Part shown: one piece after another, positions 51,783 to 64,000 of the stretch
Position numbering within the stretch: the stretch's first letter is position 1
Layout of the letters: every line of letters starts with the position of its first letter
Sequence record: PQ349265.1
Length of the DNA: 64,000 nt
Strand: one strand, 5' to 3'
Source of the DNA: Escherichia phage CJY920
The notes under the pieces: generated by a model
Told to the model about the DNA's origin: nothing
Seen by the model: only the letters and a program-made list of their open reading frames with translations
The model's database searches: none
Made by a program: the position numbers and the translations under genes

Positions 51783-54047
51783 ATGCAATTAATTAATGTT
51801 ATCAAAAGTAGTGGTGTTTCTCAGAGCTTTGACCCGCAAAAAATTATTAAAGTTTTATCTTGGGCAGCTGAAGGAACATCTGTAGATCCTTATGAATTAT
51901 ATGAAAATATTAAATCATATCTCCGTGATGGAATGACAACTGATGACATTCAAACCATTGTAATTAAGGCTGCTGCGAATTCTATTTCAGTTGAAGAGCC
52001 TGATTATCAATACGTAGCTGCACGCTGTTTAATGTTTGCTCTTCGTAAACACGTGTACGGACAGTATGAGCCCCGTTCATTTATTGACCATATTTCTTAC
52101 TGTGTAAATGAAGGTAAATACGACCCTGAACTGTTGTCAAAATATTCAGCAGAAGAAATTACATTTTTAGAATCAAAAATTAAGCACGAACGGGATATGG
52201 AATTTACTTATTCCGGGGCGATGCAATTAAAAGAAAAATATCTCGTTAAAGATAAAACCACTGGTCAAATTTATGAAACTCCACAGTTTGCATTTATGAC
52301 TATTGGAATGGCATTGCATCAAGATGAACCTGTTGACAGATTAAAACATGTTATTCGTTTTTATGAAGCAGTATCTACTCGACAGATTTCATTGCCAACT
52401 CCTATTATGGCTGGTTGTCGTACTCCGACTCGGCAATTTAGTTCATGCGTTGTTATTGAGGCAGGTGATTCGCTGAAGTCTATCAACAAAGCTTCTGCTT
52501 CAATTGTTGAGTATATTTCTAAACGAGCCGGAATCGGCATTAACGTTGGTATGATTCGTGCCGAAGGTTCTAAGATTGGCACAGGTGAAGTACGCCATAC
52601 TGGTGTTATTCCTTTTTGGAAACATTTTCAGACTGCTGTTAAATCATGCTCACAGGGTGGAATTCGTGGCGGCGCTGCTACTGCTTATTATCCTATTTGG
52701 CATTTGGAAGTTGAAAATCTTCTCGTTTTGAAAAATAACAAAGGCGTAGAAGAAAACCGTATCCGTCATATGGATTATGGTGTCCAGCTGAATGATTTGA
52801 TGATGGAACGTTTTGGAAAGAACGATTACATTACTTTGTTTAGTCCACATGAAATGGGTGGCGAACTTTATTATTCTTATTTTAAAGACCAAGACCGTTT
52901 CCGTGAATTATACGAAGCTGCAGAAAAAGACCCTAATATTCGTAAAAAGCGCATTAAAGCCCGTGAACTGTTTGAATTGCTCATGACTGAACGCTCAGGA
53001 ACAGCAAGGATTTATGTACAGTTCATTGATAATACGAATAACTATACTCCATTTATTCGTGAAAAGGCACCTATTCGTCAGAGTAACTTGTGCTGTGAAA
53101 TTGCTATTCCAACAAATGATGTGAATGGACCTGACGCTGAAGTGGGCCTCTGCACTCTTTCTGCCTTTGTTCTTGATAACTTCGATTGGCAAGACCAAGA
53201 TAAAATTAATGAATTAGCAGAAGTCCAAGTTCGCGCTCTTGATAATCTTTTGGATTACCAAGGATATCCAGTTCCTGAAGCAGAAAAAGCTAAAAAGCGT
53301 CGAAATCTTGGTGTAGGTGTTACTAACTATGCAGCTTGGCTGGCAAGTAACTTTGCTTCTTATGAAGATGCTAACGATTTAACACATGAACTATTTGAGA
53401 GATTACAGTATGGGCTCATTAAAGCATCCATTAAGCTCGCCAAAGAAAAAGGACCTTGCGAATATTATTCAGACACTCGTTGGTCTCGAGACGAATTACC
53501 TATCGACTGGTACAATAAAAAGATTGACCAAATCGCAGCTCCAAAATACGTTTGTGACTGGTCGTCGCTGCGGGAAGACCTTAAGCTCTTTGGCATCCGT
53601 AATAGCACATTATCAGCACTTATGCCATGTGAGTCATCTTCCCAAGTTTCTAACAGTACAAACGGTATCGAGCCTCCACGTGGACCAGTCTCGGTTAAAG
53701 AATCAAAAGAGGGTTCCTTTAATCAAGTCGTGCCCAATATTGAACATAACATAGACCTCTATGATTATACATGGAAATTAGCTAAGAAAGGTAATAAACC
53801 TTATCTTACGCAGGTAGCTATTATGCTTAAATGGGTATGTCAATCAGCTTCAGCGAATACATATTATGACCCGCAGATTTTTCCAAAAGGAAAGGTTCCA
53901 ATGTCTGTAATGATTGATGACATGCTATACGGATGGTATTATGGCATTAAAAACTTCTATTATCATAATACTCGTGATGGTTCCGGTACTGATGATTACG
54001 AAATAGAAACTCCAAAAGCTGAAGATTGTTCATCCTGTAAATTATGA
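51783..54047 (+). CDS. nrdA: NrdA ribonucleotide reductase large subunit, 754 aa
   Basis: ATP-cone N-terminus, class I RNR catalytic motifs; SD GAGGA before ATG at 51783. Confidence 0.93.
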   Translation: MQLINVIKSSGVSQSFDPQKIIKVLSWAAEGTSVDPYELYENIKSYLRDGMTTDDIQTIVIKAAANSISVEEPDYQYVAARCLMFALRKHVYGQYEPRSFIDHISYCVNEGKYDPELLSKYSAEEITFLESKIKHERDMEFTYSGAMQLKEKYLVKDKTTGQIYETPQFAFMTIGMALHQDEPVDRLKHVIRFYEAVSTRQISLPTPIMAGCRTPTRQFSSCVVIEAGDSLKSINKASASIVEYISKRAGIGINVGMIRAEGSKIGTGEVRHTGVIPFWKHFQTAVKSCSQGGIRGGAATAYYPIWHLEVENLLVLKNNKGVEENRIRHMDYGVQLNDLMMERFGKNDYITLFSPHEMGGELYYSYFKDQDRFRELYEAAEKDPNIRKKRIKARELFELLMTERSGTARIYVQFIDNTNNYTPFIREKAPIRQSNLCCEIAIPTNDVNGPDAEVGLCTLSAFVLDNFDWQDQDKINELAEVQVRALDNLLDYQGYPVPEAEKAKKRRNLGVGVTNYAAWLASNFASYEDANDLTHELFERLQYGLIKASIKLAKEKGPCEYYSDTRWSRDELPIDWYNKKIDQIAAPKYVCDWSSLREDLKLFGIRNSTLSALMPCESSSQVSNSTNGIEPPRGPVSVKESKEGSFNQVVPNIEHNIDLYDYTWKLAKKGNKPYLTQVAIMLKWVCQSASANTYYDPQIFPKGKVPMSVMIDDMLYGWYYGIKNFYYHNTRDGSGTDDYEIETPKAEDCSSCKL

Positions 54048-54087
54048 TATAATTACCACAAGGATGTGGTTAACTAAGAATAACGCT

Positions 54088-55656
54088 ATGTTTGATAATA
54101 TATACAAAAACGGAAAGTTTCTTCCATTTGGAGAAGAAAAACTTAAATCTAGACTAACAGAAGAAGATAAAGCTCTTCTAACTGATGGAATAGATTTTAA
54201 GCTCAATGTGTTCCAAATTATGGAAGGCATTGACATTAACGATCTAAAATGTGCAGTTTGTGGAAATTTCATTTCTCTGAAAACAGCAAAGAAACGTGTA
54301 TTTCCAGCAACATGTAGTAAATCCTGCTCAGGGATATTTTTCGCGGATAAGAGAATTCAAAGCCGTGATACAAATTTTGGCGGAAAAGAAAAATATAAAA
54401 AATATTTGTCTGAACTTCAACACAAAAATTCTTTAGAAAAATATGGAACAACTCATCAAAAAATTTCAAGAAATAAAAATAGAAAAACTTTAATTGAACG
54501 ATATGGGGTAACGCATAATTCACAATTAGAAAGTGTGAAAGAAGCGAGAAAAGTTATAGAAAACGGTAAATCAGTTGATATTCTGAATTCTAAAAAATCT
54601 CGCGAAAAATCTAAGAAGACTAAATTAAATTGGACTGAAGAATATAAGGCATCGTTATATTCATCTATAGGAAAATCTATTAAAAATAACGGTCATATTA
54701 ATCATGATATACTAGATAAAATCAATTACAAAATTTCTATAGAAGAACTACAACAATTAGCAAATTGTTCTCGGATGACGGCTTATAGAGCTCTTTCATC
54801 CAAAGGACTAATTGACGTTCATTATACTCAAAGTTCTATAGAGCAATTCATTTTAGATCTAGGATTTGATTGCGTAGAAACTAGAAAAATTATTCCTCCG
54901 TATGAATTAGATATTTACATTCCTGAGAAAAAATTGGCTATAGAATACGATGGAATTTATTGGCATTCTAGCGGGTCAAAGGAAACAGATAAAATTAAAG
55001 AAACTTATCATTTGATGAAGACAGAGATGTGTGAAGCACAAGGAATTCAATTACTTCACATCTTCGAAAATGAATGGATTGATGATACAAAAAGAGAGAT
55101 CTGGAAATCCATTATAAAGCATAAATTAGGATTATCAGAAAGAATACCAGCCCGAAAATGCAAAGCACGGTTTGTTAATAAGGATGAGGCAAAAGAATTT
55201 ATTAATAAGAATCATCTTCAAGGATTTTGCTCAGGAGCTCATACGTATAAAGGACTTTATTACAATAATGAGTTAGTTCAAATTATTTCTATCGGTAAAT
55301 CTAGATATAGCTCAGGTGATGAACTTTTAAGGATGTGTTCAAAATTAGGGGTTTGTGTTGTAGGAGGAGCCTCAAAATTATTAAAAGGAATTAATTGTCT
55401 ATCTTATGGCAATCGAAGATGGTGCAGTACATTATCAAATGTTTATGACTCTGTCATGGAATTTAGTCATATCTCTGAGCCATGTTATTGGTACGTCGAT
55501 AAAGGAGAGGTATTTCACCGCTCAAGCTATATGAAACATAAGCTTAAAAACAAGCTTAAAAATTATGATGATACAATAACTGAAGTAGAAAATTGTTATG
55601 CAAATGGTCTTAGAAGAATCTGGGACTGTGGAAATTTAGTTTACAGGACAAAATAA
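54088..55656 (+). CDS. putative freestanding homing-type endonuclease (Zn finger + HTH + Vsr/PD-(D/E)xK-like motif), about 522-530 aa
   Basis: CAVCGN...CSKSC; HTH-like SIEELQQLANCSRMTAYRAL; KLAIEYDGIYWHS motif; start may be 54064. Confidence 0.55.
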   Translation: MFDNIYKNGKFLPFGEEKLKSRLTEEDKALLTDGIDFKLNVFQIMEGIDINDLKCAVCGNFISLKTAKKRVFPATCSKSCSGIFFADKRIQSRDTNFGGKEKYKKYLSELQHKNSLEKYGTTHQKISRNKNRKTLIERYGVTHNSQLESVKEARKVIENGKSVDILNSKKSREKSKKTKLNWTEEYKASLYSSIGKSIKNNGHINHDILDKINYKISIEELQQLANCSRMTAYRALSSKGLIDVHYTQSSIEQFILDLGFDCVETRKIIPPYELDIYIPEKKLAIEYDGIYWHSSGSKETDKIKETYHLMKTEMCEAQGIQLLHIFENEWIDDTKREIWKSIIKHKLGLSERIPARKCKARFVNKDEAKEFINKNHLQGFCSGAHTYKGLYYNNELVQIISIGKSRYSSGDELLRMCSKLGVCVVGGASKLLKGINCLSYGNRRWCSTLSNVYDSVMEFSHISEPCYWYVDKGEVFHRSSYMKHKLKNKLKNYDDTITEVENCYANGLRRIWDCGNLVYRTK

Positions 55657-57143
55657 TGAGTACAGTTTTTAATACTAAACAGGTCGATGTTTTAAAAGAA
55701 CCTATGTTTTTTGGTTCAGGTCTTGGTATTGCGCGTTATGATATTCAACGGCATCGAGTATTTGAAGAACTTATTGAACGTTCGCTCTCGTTTTTCTGGC
55801 GTCCGGAAGAAGTAAACTTGATGATGGATGCTGCACAGTTTAATAAGCTTCCTCAGTATCAACAAAATATTTTTACTAATAATCTGAAGTATCAATCATT
55901 ACTTGATAGTATTCAAGGTCGTGCGCCGTCTGCTGTACTTATGCCATTGCTTTCAGACCCAAGCCTTGATACATGGGTTGCTACATGGACTTTTAGTGAA
56001 ACTATTCACAGTCGTTCATATACTCATATCATGCGAAATCTTTATACTGATCCATCGAAGGTATTTGATGAGATTGTACTAGATGAAGCTATCATGAAAC
56101 GTGCTGAATCTATCGGTCGCTATTATGATGATGTTCTGACTAAAACCCGTGAATGGGAAAATGCTAAAGAATTTACAGAACTAGCTAAAGAATCTCCTGA
56201 TGCTGTTTTTCGTTTAAATCGAGCTATTAAACAAGAAGCCGAAGCTAAACGTGCTTTAATGAAATCTCTTTACCTCTGTTTGCATGTTATCAACGCATTG
56301 GAAGCTATTCGTTTTTATGTATCTTTCGCGTAAAATGCGCCTTTAAGCAGTAATGCTTATCGAAAACTCCTTTAATTGCTGGAAAATCCAGAAATGGAAA
56401 ACTAGCAGCCAAGGTTTTGCTTGCACCTTTAATTAGTATCATATTATAAATATGATTATACTTTTAAGAGGATGCACAATTGCAAAGCAAGGTTCAACGA
56501 CTAGTCTTCGGACGTAGGGTCAAGCGACTCGAAATGGGGAGAATCCCTCTGGGATTGTGATATAGTCTGGTCTGCATAGTAATATGTAGCAGTTCATAAG
56601 AGAACGGGTTGAGAATTAGCGAGCTCAATCGAACATAACGGTACCTTTAACTTCCATAAGAACATGGAAATCATGGAAGGTAATGCCAAGATTATGAAGT
56701 TCATTGCTCGTGATGAACAGCTTCACCTTAAGGGTACCCAATATATTATTCGTCAACTTCAATCCGGTACTGATGGTGATGAATGGGTTAAAATTGCTCA
56801 AGAGTGTGAACAAGAAGCAGTTGATATTTTCATGGAAGTTAACCGTCAAGAAAAAGACTGGGCAGTTCATTTATTTAAAGATGGTGATGTTCCTGGATTA
56901 AATACAAATAGCATGTGGAGCTTTATTGATTACTTAACTGTATCTCGTATGAAACAGTGTGGTCTTCCATGCCCAATTACCGATGCTCCGGTTAAACATC
57001 CATATCCTTGGATTCGTGAATACCTTAATTCTGATAATGTTCAATCCGCGCCACAAGAAGTAGAACTATCATCTTACCTTGTAGCACAGATTGATAATGA
57101 TGTTGATGATAAAGTTATGATGAGTTTTAAAAAATATTTTTAA
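55656..57143 (+). CDS. nrdB: NrdB ribonucleotide reductase small subunit, split: exon1 55656..56331, intron 56332..56640, exon2 56641..57143
   Basis: Junction ...FYVSFA-C-TFNFHKNMEIMEGNAK restores frame (U + GU = Cys codon). Confidence 0.9.
56332..56640 (+). ncRNA. group I self-splicing intron in nrdB, 309 nt, no internal ORF
   Basis: Core gtagggtcaagcgactcgaaa and 3' end aacataacg shared with the td intron. Confidence 0.8.
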
Positions 57144-57147
57144 GGAG

Positions 57148-57170
57148 TGGGCCGCAAGGCCCATTTTATT
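57148..57170 (+). terminator. hairpin + U-tract between nrdB stop and denA start
   Basis: tgggccgcaaggccca (GNRA loop) + ttttatt; lies between SD AAGGAG and denA ATG. Confidence 0.5.
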
Positions 57171-58758
<1,588 letters not shown>

Positions 58759-58761
58759 GCT

Positions 58762-58792
58762 GTTTACAAGTTCCTCATGTTGTGTTATAGTA
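58762..58792 (+). promoter_or_regulatory. early promoter
   Basis: gtttacaagttcctcatgttgtgttatagta. Confidence 0.45.
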
Positions 58793-58819
58793 GTCTTACT
58801 GACATAACATGAGGACTTT

Positions 58820-59326
58820 ATGATGGATTTGCAGCTTATTACTACTGAGATGGTCGTTGAAGCATACGGTGATACTACAGATGGGATTTCTGTGTTTAAA
58901 GGAAATCGTCGAGTTGGATATATCACCGATCTTAAGAAAGATTTAGCTAAGCAAGTCAAGCGGAAAACGACCATTAAAGAATATCGAAATCGTCGTCTTG
59001 AGCAAGCCCGTGATATGCTTCCTGATGCAGTTGAGGAGATGAAAGTCTTTTTAGAAAATCAGCTTGCGAAATATGATTGTGATGTGTTCATTAATCAGAC
59101 TCAACCTAATGTTCACATTAATAGTTGTAAATGTTACATCATCGTTAATCCTTTGACGGGAAAACATCGTCTTGGAATTAGTAATCCAAATCGTAGTGCA
59201 TCAGATATGGCAGAAGATGTTGAGGCATGCTTTAAAATTTCTAAATCTCCGGCTGAACATCACATTTTAATTAACGGTCTTTCTCAAGACGATATTGTAG
59301 AGGTTATTAAAACTTTATGCATGTAA
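58820..59326 (+). CDS. alc: Alc-like protein, 167-168 aa
   Basis: Position between rnlA and pseT; length as T4 Alc. Confidence 0.55.
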   Translation: MMDLQLITTEMVVEAYGDTTDGISVFKGNRRVGYITDLKKDLAKQVKRKTTIKEYRNRRLEQARDMLPDAVEEMKVFLENQLAKYDCDVFINQTQPNVHINSCKCYIIVNPLTGKHRLGISNPNRSASDMAEDVEACFKISKSPAEHHILINGLSQDDIVEVIKTLCM

Positions 59327-59670
59327 GTAATTTTACAGCTGGATTGCTATTACTTGTAATAGCATTTGGCGGAACATCTATTATTTTAAAAAATAAGGTA
59401 GAAAGATTAGAAACATCGGTTACTGAAATTACAAAAACGGCCAATGAAAACGCTTTAGCATTAAATAATTTGCGAATTCAGTATAATTATATTGATGCGA
59501 TGAATAATAAAAATCGTGAGGCAATTGCTGCTATTGAGCGTGAAAATGAAAAACTGCGCAAAGACGCAAAGAAGGCGGATGTGGTGGCTCATAAGCCAGG
59601 ATTGGTTGAAAAACAAATCAACAACTCCTTCAACAAGTTCGCAGAAGACATCCAGGACCTTTCTAAATGA
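59317..59670 (+). CDS. hypothetical membrane-anchored coiled-coil protein
   Basis: N-terminal TM segment; 117 aa. Confidence 0.45.
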   Translation: MHVSNFTAGLLLLVIAFGGTSIILKNKVERLETSVTEITKTANENALALNNLRIQYNYIDAMNNKNREAIAAIERENEKLRKDAKKADVVAHKPGLVEKQINNSFNKFAEDIQDLSK

Positions 59671-59966
59671 TTAAACTATCGGCAGTAATATTATCTATTG
59701 GTCTTCTAGTTGGTTGTTCGACAAAGCCTCTAGAAGTAAAGAAAGAAACAGTTCATCCTAATTGGCCTGTGCAAATAAAGTCATATGACGAAGCTAAACT
59801 ATCTTGGCAAGTTAAAGTTATTGATGGTAAAGCTTGGGTCGGTATGCCATTCGAAGATTCTCAGGAATTTCGTATTTGGCTTAATGATGTAAAACGATAT
59901 GTACATGACCAAAAAACTATGATATGTTATTATCGTCAAGAGCTAAAAGAGGATAAATGTAAATGA
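59667..59966 (+). CDS. putative lipoprotein, 99 aa
   Basis: Signal peptide with lipobox LLVGCS. Confidence 0.5.
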   Translation: MIKLSAVILSIGLLVGCSTKPLEVKKETVHPNWPVQIKSYDEAKLSWQVKVIDGKAWVGMPFEDSQEFRIWLNDVKRYVHDQKTMICYYRQELKEDKCK

Positions 59967-60187
59967 TTTCATGGCATCAATTTGAACATCTCAAAGGATT
60001 GATTTATGAATCTGAGATGGCTGCAATGATTTATGGACGCCAGATTCAACGATTAGAATCTTTACCTCCAACTAATGATGTTTTATTAGCTCAATCACGT
60101 GCTAATCTCAAAAATGAATATCAAAATAAGTGGGGTAAAGCATCTAAAGACCTGCATGATTATATTCAATCATTGGTTGAGAAATAA
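59963..60187 (+). CDS. hypothetical protein
   Basis: 74-aa ORF. Confidence 0.4.
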   Translation: MISWHQFEHLKGLIYESEMAAMIYGRQIQRLESLPPTNDVLLAQSRANLKNEYQNKWGKASKDLHDYIQSLVEK

Positions 60188-60190
60188 TAA

Positions 60191-61605
<1,415 letters not shown>

Positions 61606-61613
<8 letters not shown>

Positions 61614-61806
61614 CATAGAAAAGATTTATCAACTTTGCGATAAAATTGAAAAAGAAAAGAAATATCTATTTTGTTTATGGCCTATTGTTGATGGAAGAAT
61701 AGACTTAGATATTCTTGATTATGAAACAGAAGACATAGTAGATGGTTCAACTTTTGATAATGCGTTGGATGTTATTAATTGGCTTGAAGAAAATTATGTG
61801 GGGTGA
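61606..61806 (+). CDS. hypothetical protein
   Basis: 66-aa ORF. Confidence 0.4.
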
Positions 61807-62084
61807 ATATGTTTCCGACTTATTCTAAAATCGTAGAAGTAGTGTTTAGCCAAATTATCGCTAATAACATGTTTGAAAAGCTTGATAACGCAGCTGAGCT
61901 TCGAATTCATGCTCAAGTGACTCATGTATTGAACACTTTGCTTCCAGACCAGGTGGATTCTATTGCAATTACGCTGTATCCAGGTTCCGCGCATATCATT
62001 GTCGTATTCGGTCTTGATGCTGAGCTAGTCATCAAAGGCGATATTCGCTTTGAATCACAGACATCAGAATTCAAAGCAATTTAA
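61803..62084 (+). CDS. hypothetical protein
   Basis: 93-aa ORF. Confidence 0.4.
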   Translation: MNMFPTYSKIVEVVFSQIIANNMFEKLDNAAELRIHAQVTHVLNTLLPDQVDSIAITLYPGSAHIIVVFGLDAELVIKGDIRFESQTSEFKAI

Positions 62085-62086
62085 TG

Positions 62087-62118
62087 GTTTACTTTATGGT
62101 AGAGTTGTGATATTATAG
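62087..62118 (+). promoter_or_regulatory. early promoter
   Basis: gtttactttatggtagagttgtgatattatag. Confidence 0.45.
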
Positions 62119-62132
62119 CTCTACCAAAACAA

Positions 62133-62402
62133 ATGAGGAAAAACAAAATGCTAAGTGAAAAACCAATTACTGTTAAAGAATTCCAAGAAAAAGTTAAACT
62201 ATTTGCTCAGGAATTGGTAAATAAGGTTTCTGAACGATTTCCTGAAACATCGGTTCGTGTTATTACCGAGACTCCTCGTTCAGTATTAGTAATTGTGAAT
62301 CCAGGTGATGGTGACCAAATAACACATCTCAAATTGGATTTTGATGGATTAGTTGAAGCACAAAGGGTGTATGGCGACTATGATGAATTTAACTTGATAT
62401 AA
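62133..62402 (+). CDS. hypothetical protein
   Basis: 89-aa ORF (start may be 62148). Confidence 0.4.
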   Translation: MRKNKMLSEKPITVKEFQEKVKLFAQELVNKVSERFPETSVRVITETPRSVLVIVNPGDGDQITHLKLDFDGLVEAQRVYGDYDEFNLI

Positions 62403-62482
62403 TTGATAATTGTCTTGAAAATGATACTGGCGATCATAGAGCGCTTGATTCTGAAACAGCGCAGTTCATTAGAATAACTTTA

Positions 62483-62719
62483 ATGAACGATACTCTAGTG
62501 AACAGTATTCATCCTTCTGTGTATGATGCTATTATTGTGACGAAGTATCCAGTTGAGCTTCACAAAAAGATGGCTGGTGCAATTTTTATTGATAAGAAAA
62601 ACCGCTTTAAAGACGGGCAGAATATAATTAGTTCTGTTATTAAAAGTATAACTAAACTTCGTCACGAAATTTATCGTGTTGAAACTGCTAAATCTGCTTA
62701 TCTGGTGATTATGAAATGA
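62483..62719 (+). CDS. hypothetical protein
   Basis: 78-aa ORF. Confidence 0.4.
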   Translation: MNDTLVNSIHPSVYDAIIVTKYPVELHKKMAGAIFIDKKNRFKDGQNIISSVIKSITKLRHEIYRVETAKSAYLVIMK

Positions 62720-63297
62720 AAGCGAGTACAGTACTTCAAATTGCATATTTAGTATCACAAGAATCAAAATGTTGCTCCTGGAAGGTAGGAGCAGTAATTG
62801 AAAAGAATGGACGTATTATTTCTACTGGATATAACGGTTCTCCGGCAGGTGGTGTGAATTGCTGTGATTATGCTGCCGAGCAAGGTTGGTTGCTGAATAA
62901 GCCTAAACATACTATCATTCAAGGTCATAAGCCCGAATGTGTATCGTTTGGTTCAACTGATCGTTTTGTCTTGGCGAAAGAACACCGTAGCGCTCACTCT
63001 GAATGGTCGTCTAAAAATGAAATTCATGCTGAACTAAATGCGATTTTGTTTGCTGCACGAAATGGTTCTTCAATTGAAGGTGCTACTATGTATGTAACAC
63101 TTTCTCCTTGCCCAGATTGCGCAAAAGCGATAGCTCAATCTGGTATTAAAAAGCTGGTTTATTGCGAAACATACGATAAAAATAAACCTGGCTGGGATGA
63201 TATTCTGCGAAATGCAGGTATTGAAGTGTTCAATGTTCCTAAGAAAAACTTGAATAAGTTAAACTGGGAAAATATCAACGAATTCTGTGGTGAATAA
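62716..63297 (+). CDS. cd: dCMP deaminase, 193 aa
   Basis: Zinc motifs HAELNA ... PCPDCA; length as T4 Cd. Confidence 0.9.
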   Translation: MKASTVLQIAYLVSQESKCCSWKVGAVIEKNGRIISTGYNGSPAGGVNCCDYAAEQGWLLNKPKHTIIQGHKPECVSFGSTDRFVLAKEHRSAHSEWSSKNEIHAELNAILFAARNGSSIEGATMYVTLSPCPDCAKAIAQSGIKKLVYCETYDKNKPGWDDILRNAGIEVFNVPKKNLNKLNWENINEFCGE

Positions 63298-63533
63298 TGA
63301 AATTTCGTTTGGTAAAGCTCACAGCAATTAGTTCTTATTCTAACGAGAACATCTCATTTGCTGTAGAGTATAAGAAATATTTTTTCTCTAAATGGAAGCA
63401 GTATTATAAGTCAGAATGGGTTTGTATTGATAGACCATATAGTTGGAAATCTGATTTAGAAAAATGCCAAAAACTGCTTTCCACACTTAAAGAACGTGGA
63501 ACAACCCATATTAAAACCGTGATAGGTAAATAA
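63297..63533 (+). CDS. hypothetical protein
   Basis: 78-aa ORF. Confidence 0.4.
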   Translation: MKFRLVKLTAISSYSNENISFAVEYKKYFFSKWKQYYKSEWVCIDRPYSWKSDLEKCQKLLSTLKERGTTHIKTVIGK

Positions 63534-63842
63534 ATGAAACTGACAACTAAGCAGAAGCAAGCAATTCGTGAAATTTTGAAAACTAAATTGTCCATGGGTA
63601 TTTCAAACGTGGTTTTTGAAAAGTCTGATGGTACTATTCGTACTATGAAAGGCACTCGTGATGCTGACTTTATGCCAACCATGCAAACCGGTAAATTGAC
63701 TGAATCTACTCGGAAAGAATCTATTGATATGATTCCAGTATTTGATGTTGAGCTTGGTGCATGGCGAGGCTTTTCTATTGACAAATTGATTTCCGTTAAT
63801 GGTATGAAAGTTGAGCATTTGCTTCAATTTATTGGTAAATAA
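63534..63842 (+). CDS. hypothetical protein
   Basis: 102-aa ORF. Confidence 0.4.
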   Translation: MKLTTKQKQAIREILKTKLSMGISNVVFEKSDGTIRTMKGTRDADFMPTMQTGKLTESTRKESIDMIPVFDVELGAWRGFSIDKLISVNGMKVEHLLQFIGK

Positions 63843-63899
63843 ATGCTTTAAGAATTATTTGTTATTATTAACTCATCTGTTAACAAAAAGGAAAAACGA

Positions 63900-64000
63900 T
63901 GTCTGAAGTACAACAGCTACCAATTCGTGCTGTCGGTGAATATGTTATTTTAGTTTCTGAACCTGCACAAGCCGGTGATGAAGAAGTTACAGAATCAGGA
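63900..64000 (+). CDS. 31: gp31 co-chaperonin (GroES-like), N-terminal part; 3' end beyond window
   Basis: [30 protein letters not shown] matches T4 gp31 N-terminus from memory. Confidence 0.85.

Noticed and set aside
56331-56333. Apparent stop codon ending nrdB at 225 aa
   Set aside because: It is the start of the nrdB group I intron; exon 2 resumes at 56641 and restores the conserved RNR small-subunit sequence.
57147-57170. GTG-initiated N-terminal extension of denA (table ORF 57147..57581)
   Set aside because: The extension is the terminator-like hairpin; the ATG at 57171 gives the expected 136-aa product.

Overview
This window is a segment of a T4-like (T-even, Tequatrovirus-type) myophage genome. 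All identifications come from reading the ORF translations, synteny and sequence motifs; no database search was run, and matches to T4 proteins are from memory. The + strand carries early/middle genes: uvsX (3' part), 40, 41, the 61.x cluster, primase 61, dam, dCTPase 56, soc, modB/modA, dda, dexA, motB, topoisomerase 39/60/52, rIIA/rIIB, denB, ndd, stp, ac, motA, arn, asiA, then rnh, dsbA, 33, 59, 32, frd, td, nrdA, nrdB, denA, rnlA, alc, pseT, cd and the start of 31. The - strand carries a late block: holin t and tail-fibre genes 38, 37, 36, 35, 34. Most notable: (1) td and nrdB each carry a short ORF-less group I intron, and each has a freestanding endonuclease gene nearby (an I-TevI-like GIY-YIG gene on the opposite strand after td; a 530-aa Zn-finger/HTH protein with a Vsr-like motif between nrdA and nrdB), a layout expected for trans-acting homing; (2) gene 60 has the 50-nt translational bypass gap and is bracketed by two HNH endonuclease genes; (3) a PD-(D/E)xK-like ORF is translationally coupled to dam, next to an opposite-strand membrane ORF; (4) three genes appear frameshift-interrupted (modB, a lipoprotein gene upstream of 39, and an ORF pair at 10505-10974). 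No CRISPR array, tRNA, rRNA, integrase or transposase was recognised.
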